Of a stretch of 64,000 bases of DNA, positions 49,249 through 60,102 are shown piece after piece. Position 1 is the first letter of the stretch. The number at the start of each line of letters is the position of its first letter. Both the position numbers and the translations under genes were made by a program. Under the pieces are notes generated by a model, which was not told where the DNA came from, made no database searches, and worked only from the letters and a program-made list of their open reading frames with translations. The DNA comes from Blastocladiella emersonii ATCC 22665 (taxonomy: Eukaryota; Fungi; Blastocladiomycota), in assembly GCA_025594325.1 (NCBI GenBank), contig JANHCV010000009.1, forward strand, positions 248,001-312,000, read 5' to 3'.

Positions 49249-51147
49249 ATGGCGTCGTACCCGCCCCCGACCACTGACGTCGGCAACGGTACCGTGTCTC
49301 AGCCTCTGCCCTCGCGAGCGTCTCACCCGAATGTCTTACTGACCGTGCTGCTGCTGCTCTCCGCCCCCTCCCGCTACTTGTATCGCCCTCGCCCGCTCCT
49401 CACGCTCGTCCCGCCCCGCCCGACGACCGCCATGCCATCGACCACCATGACCACGCCCATGACCATGACCGCGACGCGTCGCCTCGCCGCGGACCTCGCG
49501 AAACGCCGCGATCGGCCGCCTGCCGCCGCGCTGTCTCACACCACGACGCGTGCCTCGGCCACGGCTGCCGCTGCTGCGCCACCATCGCGCGACCGTGACC
49601 CGAACCGCCGCGTCCACTTCAACCTCCCCGCCACCCCACCGCCGTCCTCGGCGTCCTCGTCCTCCCCGACCTCGGCCTCGCTCGTCTCGGTCCCCTCGAC
49701 CTCGTCGTTCTCCTCGTCGGACGATGACGATTTCCTCCCGCTCGCGCCACCGCGCCCGCCGCCGCGTCTCGGCATCCACCGGCGCCGTCTCGCATCCGCG
49801 TCCGCGCTCGCAGACACGCCAACCTCCGCAGGCGCCATGACGCCCACCGACCCCGCCGCCGCTGCCGCTACCGGCGGTGGTGTTCCCGCGCCGACGACGA
49901 GCGCGCACTCGACGCCCGCTGCGCCCGTCGCTCCCGCCTCTGCCGTCCCCGCTGCCGCCGCCGCGGCGCCCGCGACGGCGCCGAACCCGGCGTCCGCGCA
50001 CAAGCGGCGCCTGCCGCCGCAGACGGTGGCGGCGCTCGAGGCCGTGTTCCAGGTGAGCCGCAACCCGCCGACGGCGCGGCTGCAGGAGCTCGCGGCCGAG
50101 TTCGGCCTCGACACCACCAAGGTGCGCACCTGGTTCAACAACCGCAAGGCCAAGGAGAAGCGCCAGCTCGCCCTGAGTGCCGGCACGAGTCCCGCGTCGG
50201 GCGCCGGGCCCGCGAGTGCGGCGGGTGCCGCGGGCGCGAACCCCGCCAAGCGGCGCCGGTCCAACTCGCCGTCGGTCGCGCGGTACGACGCGCACCACCA
50301 CGGGTACAATGACGCTGACAGCAGTAACGGCGGCGGTACCCCGGCGGCGTCGGCGAGCAGTAACGGGCTCGAGCACACGCTGCACACGGCGGCCGGGTAC
50401 AGCTTCAACATCGACCACCACCACGCGCAGTTCACCCAAGACATGTTCTCGGCCATGCGCGACCGCATCATCCAGCTCGAAAACTACATCACCTCGCTCT
50501 ACTCGACCGGCACCTTTGTCCCGCACGACGCGGCCGCCACGGCTGCTGCGGCGACGGGTACGGCGACCGAGCCGGGTGCGAGCGCCATGGATATCGACGC
50601 GGCCAGCGGGTCGGGCACCAACGACCACTACGCGCACGCGGCGCACGCGGCGCACGCACACCACGCCGTCGCGCAACACCACCACGCCGCCGACCGGCCT
50701 TCCGCCGCTGCCGCCGCCGCCGCTGCGCCCGCCTCGACCGCGGCGCAACCGCCCGCGCGGATCGCGGACCTGCGGCGATCGTTTGACGCGCACCTCGACA
50801 CGCTGGTGCTCGCGCCCGCGTCGACTCCCGGCAAGCCGGCGTCGGCCGAGGTGGTCCTGCACGAGGCCATGGGCGTCGACGAGTTCATTGCCGTGTTCGA
50901 CGAAAAGGGCGGCACCGTGTCGTCGCTCGCCAAGCCCGACGCGCCCGGCGAGACGCTCGTCGCCGTCGACTTCGTGACGCCCGACGCGATCCGCGGGCTG
51001 CTGGGGAACGTCCACTCGGCGAACGTGTTCGCGCGCGTCAATGCTGGTGAGCCGCCGGTTCCCGCCGCGCTCGCGAAGATCAATGTCCTGTACGACAAGA
51101 AACTCGGCAAGGTCACGATGAGCTTCACGGTCGTCGCGTCTGCGTGA
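49249..51147 (+). CDS. Homeodomain transcription factor with an extra C-terminal globular domain
   Basis: KRRLPPQTVAALEAVFQVSRNPPTARLQELAAEFGLDTTKVRTWFNNRKAKEKR at about 49999-50163. Confidence 0.9.
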   Translation: MASYPPPTTDVGNGTVSQPLPSRASHPNVLLTVLLLLSAPSRYLYRPRPLLTLVPPRPTTAMPSTTMTTPMTMTATRRLAADLAKRRDRPPAAALSHTTTRASATAAAAAPPSRDRDPNRRVHFNLPATPPPSSASSSSPTSASLVSVPSTSSFSSSDDDDFLPLAPPRPPPRLGIHRRRLASASALADTPTSAGAMTPTDPAAAAATGGGVPAPTTSAHSTPAAPVAPASAVPAAAAAAPATAPNPASAHKRRLPPQTVAALEAVFQVSRNPPTARLQELAAEFGLDTTKVRTWFNNRKAKEKRQLALSAGTSPASGAGPASAAGAAGANPAKRRRSNSPSVARYDAHHHGYNDADSSNGGGTPAASASSNGLEHTLHTAAGYSFNIDHHHAQFTQDMFSAMRDRIIQLENYITSLYSTGTFVPHDAAATAAAATGTATEPGASAMDIDAASGSGTNDHYAHAAHAAHAHHAVAQHHHAADRPSAAAAAAAAPASTAAQPPARIADLRRSFDAHLDTLVLAPASTPGKPASAEVVLHEAMGVDEFIAVFDEKGGTVSSLAKPDAPGETLVAVDFVTPDAIRGLLGNVHSANVFARVNAGEPPVPAALAKINVLYDKKLGKVTMSFTVVASA

Positions 51148-51401
51148 GTGGAGGTCGGGGTCACTTGTGCTGTCGTTATTCTCTACATACATTTCAACTT
51201 TCACGTCGCTCCTCGCTCTTCGTCGTCGTCGCGCTCTCGTCGCGTGAGGCTCAGAGGGGACGCGCTGCGCCACACGTCGCGGTCACGCACCGCGCGTGTC
51301 GGGCCTCTCGATCGCGCTCCTTCACGGCATCCAAGCTTGGAGTGCGTCGAAGCTCGGCGAACTCGCCTCCCCCGCTCTCTCCAACCAACAACCGCACTAC
51401 C

Positions 51402-52166
51402 ATGGAACACTCCAACTCATCGCAACGACCACTGGTCAACTCGCTCTTCAACTTCGCCGCCCCACCCGTCCCGGCCGCCGCCCCTGCGCCCCCACCACCA
51501 CCGCCGGCAACAACACAGCGGCCGCCGCGCACCCCCGCCGAAACGCGCGCGACCGACGCCCTGCTCGCCACACTCAACAACCCCGCGGTGTGCGACGTCG
51601 CCTTCCAGCCCGCGTCCCCGTCCGCGCCCGTGCACGCGTCGCGCGCGGTCCTCGCCGCGACCTCGCCGTACTTTCGCACCATGTTCACGGGCGGGTGGTA
51701 CGAGGGCGGCGCTACGCGCGGTTCCGCTACCGCCCGCGACCCGATCACGACCCCGACGTGGCTCCCCGCCCCGCTCCTCCTGACGCTCGTGCACCTGTAC
51801 TCGGGGTGGGCGCCGGGCGACCCCGTACCGAGTGTCGTGTGGCCGGTGCTCGCGGGGGTCGGGGTCGAGGTGGATCCGGGGGACCGGAAGGCGAGGCTCG
51901 ACCTCGACGAGTGGTCGAACATGTTCGAGATCGCCGAGATGCTCGAGTTGCCCGACCTCGCGACACGGGTGCGGGATGCGATGGTCGGCGAGATGGGTGC
52001 GCGCGTCAACGGGATTGTGCGCGCCAGGAGTGTGGTTACGGCGCCTGTGGTGCTGCCGCCGCCGTCGGCGGTGATGGTGCAGCAGGTCGAGGCGGCCGTG
52101 GAGGAGCGGTGGAAGGGGAAGGGGAAGGGGAAGGGGAAGGCGCAGGCGCCGCGGCGGCGCAAGTGA
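51402..52166 (+). CDS. BTB/POZ domain protein
   Basis: LNNPAVCDVAF..VHASRAVLAATSPYFRTMFTGGWYE..LLTLVHLYSG..MFEIAEMLELPDL. Confidence 0.8.
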   Translation: MEHSNSSQRPLVNSLFNFAAPPVPAAAPAPPPPPPATTQRPPRTPAETRATDALLATLNNPAVCDVAFQPASPSAPVHASRAVLAATSPYFRTMFTGGWYEGGATRGSATARDPITTPTWLPAPLLLTLVHLYSGWAPGDPVPSVVWPVLAGVGVEVDPGDRKARLDLDEWSNMFEIAEMLELPDLATRVRDAMVGEMGARVNGIVRARSVVTAPVVLPPPSAVMVQQVEAAVEERWKGKGKGKGKAQAPRRRK

Positions 52167-53275
52167 TGGATCGAGGGGGGAATGTGGACTCTGTTTTGCG
52201 AATCTGACTTGGCTGAGCGGCGTCTCGCTGACCTGAGTGGATGGCCAACACTGTTCAGCGGTTTACTGTGGCGACACGGCTCGCTGTGGCCACGACCACG
52301 ACCGACTTCGTGATGGGATTCCCTTCGCCGGTTTCGTCCCCTGATTGGCGACGGGAACGGCCGGCGGGCGCGCCGGACCCAGCTCAGCGAGGAGCCCATG
52401 CGGTGGGTCGTTGTTGACGAGCAAGGTGCTTGTGATCGTTCCACCCGACTCGACAACGTACGCATGCCGCGCGTCGTTGCTGGTGGGCACAGTACAAGAT
52501 CCGCCCGGACCCGGGGAGCCGTGCTGCAAGGAGTCGCTGACGTGCAGGATGCGCGTTGCAGCCGCCGCTCCCACGCGACTGACTACTCAGACTTTGGATC
52601 ACGTCCTCGAAACGTCGTTGGGCGGCAACGAAAGCGGTCTATTTTGAACGACTGAGCGAATCACGGAGCAACGTCCATGCCGCACGCGTAGCTGATGTGG
52701 TCCTTGACTCGCTCCTCGCCGCACGCACACTCCCACTCGTCCGAGTGCCCAACTGGAAGCTGGCACGGTCCTCCGCACGCGTTGCACAAGCCGGTTGCGC
52801 ACCGCCCATCGACACGACGAGCGGTACCCTGGAGCCCAGAATCGGTCGAGACTAGCGCTACGTGGGCGCCGTTGATGGCTGGCGCTGCCGCGGGAGCACG
52901 AAAAGTGAGAGCTCTAAAAAACCTGCAGGCATGACCGGCATACAGGTCAGAGCGGGCAGCATCGTGTTTCACCGTGATTCTTCGTGTGATCTCGCAATTC
53001 ATTACGTTAAGTCCCGGTTAACGACAAGTCGCAAGTCTTTTCATGAGCTTGAACTAAACAAAAAAAATGAAGCACCATAACTGCTCGCGAGTACAGAGCG
53101 GAGAGCTTCGCTTGACTAGGGTGTCAGGATTTCACAATGGCCGCGAAGCGACCCGACGCGATGCGACGCGTTTCGCACCCTATTTCGACGGCATGTCACA
53201 CGCCTTACCGCATCAGTTAATCAGGATAATAGAGCGTTACACTACAGAAAACAGCGAGGGCCGCGACGGCTCCAC

Positions 53276-55604
53276 TCACGAAAAGTGAACGGCGGCGCAC
53301 ATGGCGTCCTTGTACTCGGGCGACGCAGTCGTCAGCGGCGCCGTCCGCAAAAGCTGCTTCACGGTGACCTTGGCGCGAGCTTGGTCCCGGAACGAGGTCA
53401 ACGCGGCGTTCGCAAGCTGCTCTGCGCCTACGACCCCGTCCAGTGCACCGATCGGAAGCTCGCACAGCAGTGCATCCGTGATGGGCGTCGTGCGGCCCAA
53501 GTCGAGCCACTCGATAAACGCCTTGACGTCGGCGCGGACGAGAAGGCGAACGAGCTCGAGGAGCGGATCCGCTACACGCCGACAATGTGCAAGACACGCG
53601 CCGCTCGGGGGATCACGCTCCGCGTTGAGCAGTTTGCCGAGCTGCGGAAGCGCCAATCGCGACAGCTCGCGGATGGTGGCACGAGGGTCCACACCAAGAA
53701 GCCAAGCGAGCGTGTCGCGCCACGCAACCTGCACCGAAAGATCGCACGTGCCGCACGTTTTGAGGATCAGCGTGCGCGAAACGACATGTTTGCCAACAGT
53801 CCCCGAAATTTGGGCACTAATCATGGCGTCAACGAACAAGGATGCGATTCCATTCTGCCGAAACAGCTGGGCCGCCACGTCGCGAACTGCGGCGTCGTGA
53901 CAGACGGCCACGGGCACCCAGGCAAGCGCTGTACAGACCAGGGGATCAAAACGCTGCAAGAACGCGGTGGCAAGCAGGAAGAGACCCTGAAGATTGGTGT
54001 CGGAGGTACTCGAGAAGATGCTCTGCAACTGAGCTGGCAGCTGATCGGAAGAAAAGCTCTCGATCAGTGCGGCCGCGACAGAATCAGCGAAGCTCGAAAA
54101 ACGTCTGCCCAACTGGGCAAGCGCGAAATTTACGAGCCGATCCATATCCCGGCGACGGTTGGTCGCGTTCTTTGATCCCAAATGGTAGATGAGGGCTAGA
54201 GAAGCACGAGCGCTATTGAGGTTAGCGAAACGCCTGATCACGAGTTCAAGCGCGCGCACACGTACCTGCTGTGAGCCTCGAGACCAGATTACCATCTGGC
54301 TCCGCGGAAAGTGCAAGCGCAGCTGGACCCGCTGGCCCGCCGTCTGCGGAATTGAGAGCCCAGGTCATCAAGTAGATCCAGGCATCGTCGTTGAGCATTC
54401 GGTGCTTGGCGAGCACGATCGCAAGCTCAGAAGTGCACTTGATTTTGTAGTAACATGTCCCAGTTCTTACGGTTCCATGAAGCAATCTCAACACGTGAGT
54501 TTTGCTCGCCTCCGTTATGGGTCCAAAGTGCAAGTGCTGATCAAGCACCGCGAGTTGTTCAAGAAGGGACGGGCGATGGACAAAATAGGCAAGAAGATTC
54601 TTGTCGCGAAAGACACGCGTACGCGGCCAGCAGTTTTTAAGCAACCAGCATACCATTTGGACAACGCGGTGCTCGGGTAGAACCATCCAGTACTTTTACT
54701 CGTCCAAGTACGCACCCGCGGAGAAATTGGATACAAAGAAATCGGCAAGCCAAGTCTCGTCAAGCCCAAGTCGCGGGTCAAGCAGGGCTTCGAGCGTCTC
54801 GGGGCTCCAGGTGAGGATTGCGAGCAACCCGAGGAACTCGATCAGCTTGATTGAAGCGCGAATTGGCCCAGGTTCCTGATCATCCGGTCGACCGACTTGC
54901 TCGTTCATATACTCGTTGGATGCTAGCTCTGAGAGCGTCGACCATCGATACGGGGTCAGCTCAAGAAGGAACAGTTTGGGGGCTCGTTCTTTGGCGGTCA
55001 GAAGGAGCGAGACCAAGGGCTGCGCCTCGAGGCGATACGCCCCGGCGACGAGGACTTGAAGCACAGCGGCAACGGGATGCTCGGAGCCAACGTAAGAAAT
55101 CCACGGAAGAATCCGCTCGACGAGCAGCGAAATATCCTCGGCGAGACTAGCGAGATCGAGGTTGTCGCTATCGAGAGCAACCGTGGCTGACTTGAGGAAA
55201 TAGTGCAAGACTTCGGGAAAAAGTGCGGCGAGGCGGCGAGCGTCCGGGCGCGGATGCTGGTCCGAAATACGATTGAGTTGAAGCGGGTGGTCAAGCTTTG
55301 GCTCAAGTAAGTAAAGAACGTCCGTGACAATTACGTGGTCGTTGATTATGTAAAGTTCGTCGTACTCGTCGGACTGATTTTCCTCGTCGCGCCACTCGTA
55401 TTCACCTGGATAATGATCAGCAAGAAGACGAGCAACCCATGCATGCTTCACCTGGACAATGCGTGCCACTCCGGAGAGTAGCCGTGACGCCGTCGGGACG
55501 GAACTTCGGGGCGCAGCAAGGCGCAGCACGACCGTGGCGACCTCGAAGGGGAGGTTGTCGAGGCCAAGCCGCTGATAAGGTTGCAGCAAGTCGCGGTCAT
55601 TCAT
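53276..55604 (-). pseudogene. F-box-like helical-repeat gene with in-frame TAA at 54696-54698
   Basis: LDNLPFEVATVVLRLA resembles an F-box start; the 54696-55694 and 54246-54686 ORFs share a frame separated by one stop (YLDE*KYWMVLP); GTACG donor leads toward the last exon. Confidence 0.55.
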
Positions 55605-56029
55605 TTCATGTGTTTGCATGGGTGTAACAGAGTCAGCGAGAGCGAGCGAGCCGAGGAGGCCAAGGGGCTTGACAAGGTCGGCCGTCGAGTTCAAAATCGT
55701 TGATCACGCCAATCACGCAGACGTGGACGTCGCGTGCGTGCTCGTCGCGCGCGGCTTCGTCCTCCAAACTGCAATACAACCCCCAAAATGATCACAATAT
55801 GCGCGGGACTGATTTGAGGCGTGACGGATGACAGATAAACACAACAGTCGCAGGACGAACAAGGACGACGGACGACTCGGCAGACCAAACCCAGGGAAGC
55901 TCCACATATACCGGCTTTCCATGCACACGCGGTCAACTTCTCGAGGAGCCGAACGCAACTCCGATGTATTATGATCAACGACTCCATAATTACATGCAGT
56001 GAACATGGGAGCGTTTCATCACGACGCGC

Positions 56030-56600
56030 CAAGGTTTTGAAAGCGTGGGCGTACTCGGACGAGAATACTGTGCGTGGAACCTTGCACTTGAGCTCCTTGA
56101 TGGTTAGGCCCGCGCGCTGTGAGCCGTAAGCCCCGGATCGAGTAAGCTGCTGCTTGCTCACAACCCCATTGAGCGCGCCATCAGGAACGGGACTCAGGAG
56201 CGCGGACGTGATAGGCATTCGGTCGCCGACTGCAAGTCGTTCGAACGTCGTCAAGCGAGGCGAAACTCATGGAGCACTTGGTGTTGATTGCATCGATCGC
56301 CCGGCTGAGAAGGTGCTCCGAGAGGACGGGATAGAGGGGGGGCGGCGCAGCGGGCTTCCGCGATGGGACGGGCAGTGCCAACTCGGATGTAGTCGTAAAC
56401 CCGACTGCACTCATGTTCAAGGGGATAAGCGATGCCCGTTATCGCTACATCTTCGTTAATGCAACGCAGGTCCTCTGAGCCCTCAGGAACACGATGGGCG
56501 AGACCAGGTGGTCGATCACCACGCGCTCGATGCGCAACAGATCCATACCTGTTCGACTGAGGGTAGTTCGTTCCGGTCCGTGGCAAGGCTCCCGTCGACC
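56030..56600 (-). pseudogene. Degenerate 3' remnant of a paralog of the 53276-55604 gene
   Basis: PITSALLSPVPDGALNGVVSKQQL..LTIKEL..SSEY aligns with PITDALLCELPIGALDGVVGAEQL..VTVKQL..SPEY. Confidence 0.6.
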
Positions 56601-56813
56601 ACCTCAAAGGTTGGACAGCTTACGGTGACCGCGTAGCAGACGCACGAGGCCCGTCCACAACAAGAGATCTGGTTCACGTCCCGCGTGCAACCGCAACTCG
56701 GTGCGAGACGCGATCATTTATCACGTGGGCTGCAGCTGGCAAATCGTTTGGCAGCCTGGTGGCGGAGCGCAACGCGCCTCCTCCCGCAACATGGAACCCT
56801 ATACCTTCGAGTC

Positions 56814-58639
56814 ATGGAACTTACTGCAATGCAAACTAATGGAAACCAGTCGTACCAAGACGCGCTGGCCACGGAGTGCGAGTGTGTCGCCCGCGGGCCG
56901 CACCTCGTGCGCTACTTCCAGTCGCTCGCCGTGACCGAGGCGCAGTCGGACGTGACAATCGTCATGCAAAGCAAGCTTTACCGGTTGCATCGGACCGCGC
57001 TCAACCAGAGCCCCTTCTTTGCTTCGCTTCTCAACACAGAGTGGATGCCTTCGGGCGATGCTGCGCTTCACCAAATCGACTTTGTCCTCACGGACGACTT
57101 TGACTCCGGGACTGGCAGCGACGCAATGAATCTAATTGAGCGCACCCTTTTCGCGTGGGAGACTGTCCTCGTCGCCTTATATGGCGGTTGCGCCAAGGCT
57201 CTGGTCTCGAGGATCACGCGGGACAACTTTTTCGACCACCTCCAGGTCGCTTCGTACTTTGGTACGCAGTTGTTCGCGTCTCGGTTTCTCAAGGCGCTAT
57301 TTTAAACCGCACGAGTTGTTGTAGACATTGCGCAAGTTCTCGACACGTGCTACGACCTGTACTCGGATCAACTCCTGAGCACAGTGGCTTCCGCCGACGT
57401 CGCCATCTCTCCGGAAGCCGCCGACTTTTTCGCCTCGTTGCTCGTCTACTACGAGGCACGGACGGTTCCCGAGCAAATGTTCGATCTCAAGAACATGGCG
57501 TACTTTCAGCTCGCCTACCTCGGGCCTCACCCGCTCACACGCGCCATCCTTGAGCGGTGCCCCAAGGAAATCGTCCGTGCCGTCCTGCTTGACGGCGACT
57601 TTTGGAACACCTCCGAGCTCGCTCATTTTTTGTTTCTGTGCGAGTTTGACCTTTCGCCCTCGGACATTATGTCCAGCGTTTGGATTGACAACCTGACGCC
57701 CGAGAAACTTGCTCAAGCGGTTGGCTGCCCACTCGCTCGCAAAGACCCTGTGTTCTGTGCTGTCGTTATGGCTGGATCGTACGGAGCCTATGCACTGCGC
57801 ACGGCCATCGTGTCGGCCAAGGCATCCGATAAACAGTTGCCCTCAAACTGGCACCCGCTGGAGGCGCATTACGAGGATGGCCAGGCTCTAGCGGCGGAAC
57901 CTGAAGCCTCCGCCAGCTCTGACTTGGACTTGTTGCCCGAAAACCTCCATGAGAGTGAAGAACAATCAAACGATCTGCAGCTCGAAACATCAATGGAAAC
58001 GGACGAGCCGCTGGACAAAGACGACATGGAGCAAGCCAACTTCGATGATAAGGAAGCGGTCGACCCATACACGTCCATGATCAAGGGCATGCACAACACG
58101 TGCCGTGGAGTTATACGAATCCCCATCGAGCTTGAAATGGACGCGGACACTTGGAGAGAATCCAAGTTTCCTGCGCACGCTTACTTTTTCGCTGGTTCGG
58201 TGTGGAAAGCGCAGTTCCGCATCAGGTTCACTCCACGCCTTCACAGTCCAGTCTTGACCTGGAAAATGTACGGCTTCGATTCGCAGAAGCCTTGGCAGAC
58301 GAACTTACTTTACGTGTGGTATGTAGCTCGCGAACCAACGACACCAAGGACGCTGAAGGTAACGACGTGCCGTACCTCGATCCGCGCGAGCAGCCCATGT
58401 TCACTGCCGATTTCATTGCTTACAAGGTGACCGACCAGAAGCGTCGTAGTCCAGCGTGCACGGCCCTACCTGCGCAGCTGCCCCTGCGGCTGGTCCGCGA
58501 GGTTGTGTCCCACAGCAGCGAAGGTTGGAGCGCTGAAATGGGAAGCGTCCAAGAAGCTCAGATCCACGGCGTCCTGCCTCCTCCGATCCTGGGCGGCAAG
58601 TTGTGTCTTCGGCTTATCCTTGAACTCACCGCTCACTAA
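56814..58639 (+). CDS. BTB/POZ (+BACK-like) protein with MATH/TRAF-like C-terminal domain; introns 57262-57324, 58268-58326
   Basis: QSDVTIVMQSKLYRLHRTALNQSPFFASLL, HLQVASYF|DI; C-terminal YFFAGSVWK..YLDPRE..EGWS..LCLRLILE; both introns restore the frame. Confidence 0.75.
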
Positions 58640-58949
58640 GTCCCTCTATTTGTTTCAAGATATAAATTTGTTTCCCTTACCTGTGCACACTTCCGTGAAT
58701 TTCGACATCCGCCTTGAGTGGCGAAGAGACGCGTTGGACAAGCTTGCGACCCGATCCCCCGGCTCACCTTCTGCCATGAAGCTCACGAAACCCGGTGCAA
58801 CGCGCACTGCAGTTTTCCGAGCTCAATGCGTGCTCACGTCACGTCCATGCGAGACGCGATCATTTATCACGTGGGCGGCAGCCGATCACTCGTGAGGCAA
58901 CGCCACGGTGCAGCCGCCAAGGGGACCGGCTTGCGACATCGAGCGCAAC

Positions 58950-59879
58950 TCCTCCCCACGAGGAGCTAGTCCAAGCCGCTCACTGCCCGCTTGCGACGCA
59001 AGACCGAGTCTTCTGCGTTTACATTATGTCGGCCACGTTCAGTTCCACCGCGCTGCGAACTGCCATAGTAACCTCTGCCCCGACTGCAACACATCTCCCG
59101 GCAAAGTGGCACCCGCTTGTGACTCAAGAGGAGTCTGACGGTGACATGGAGGTCGACTCTGATTCGCAGACTGGCGAGGAGGTTGGTTCAGAGTCGGCCC
59201 ACCGCGATCTGGAAGAAACGGAAAACGGGAACGGGAATGGGAACAGCGACGACGATGCTGACGTCGGCGATGATAGAGACGATAGCAAAACTAAGGACCG
59301 TTACTCCTCCTTTGCCTGCGACATTGTCGACGGAGGCTACGAAATGATTCGAATCCCGCTCCAATTTAAAACGGACCCAGCAACCCGGCAGACTTGGTCG
59401 TGCCGCGCGCCGCGCTTCTTCTTTGCGGGGAGTGTGTGGGCGTTCCGATTCCACGTCGAAATCTCCAATGAAGGGGGAAATCCGCTCCTGATTTGTTCTA
59501 GGTACGCTTGGGTGCGGTTTTCCATTGAATGCGCGAATGTGCTGACCATTCTCCTGCTGACTCAAGTGGGCGAACGAGCTTGAATGTCGGGCTTGACGCT
59601 CGCAACGTACCTTACATTGATCCGCGCGAGCAGCCGTGCTTCACAATCCGCTACGTCACCTATGACGTGACAACCACGGCGCGCCGTGGCCCACTCTGCG
59701 CGGCGGCGCCTGTACCGCGAGCGCTGCAGCGGATCGAGGACACTTCCTCTCATGAGAGCGAGGAGTGGAGTGCTCCTCTACGTCATATTCGCACGGAGGC
59801 GATTCCAAACATTCTGCCGCCCCCAACGCTGGCAGGCAAGATGTGCCTTCGGCTCATGGTCGACATCACCGCAAACTAA
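58950..59879 (+). pseudogene. BTB-less tandem duplicate of the 56814-58639 gene; intron 59502-59566
   Basis: ELVQAAHCPLATQDRVFC..ALRTAIV, FFAGSVW, YIDPREQP and LCLRL match the upstream copy; BTB exon absent; possible ATG at 59026. Confidence 0.75.
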
Positions 59880-60102
59880 CCACATGGGTGGACGCTTATT
59901 TTGTTTCATTCACTTCTTTTAATAAGCGAACATTTGTTGCTTCCGCAAAGACTCCTCTCAGGCCAAGCCAAGCCCCCCTGCTCAGGCTGAGAGACGCGTC
60001 GAGCAATCATGTGAGCGTCAAGGTGGCGCCGCGAAGCCGCGCGTCGGCCGATCGCCGGCCCTCCTCCCTTCCGCGCCCCGCCACCCGGCATACCCCACTA
60101 CC

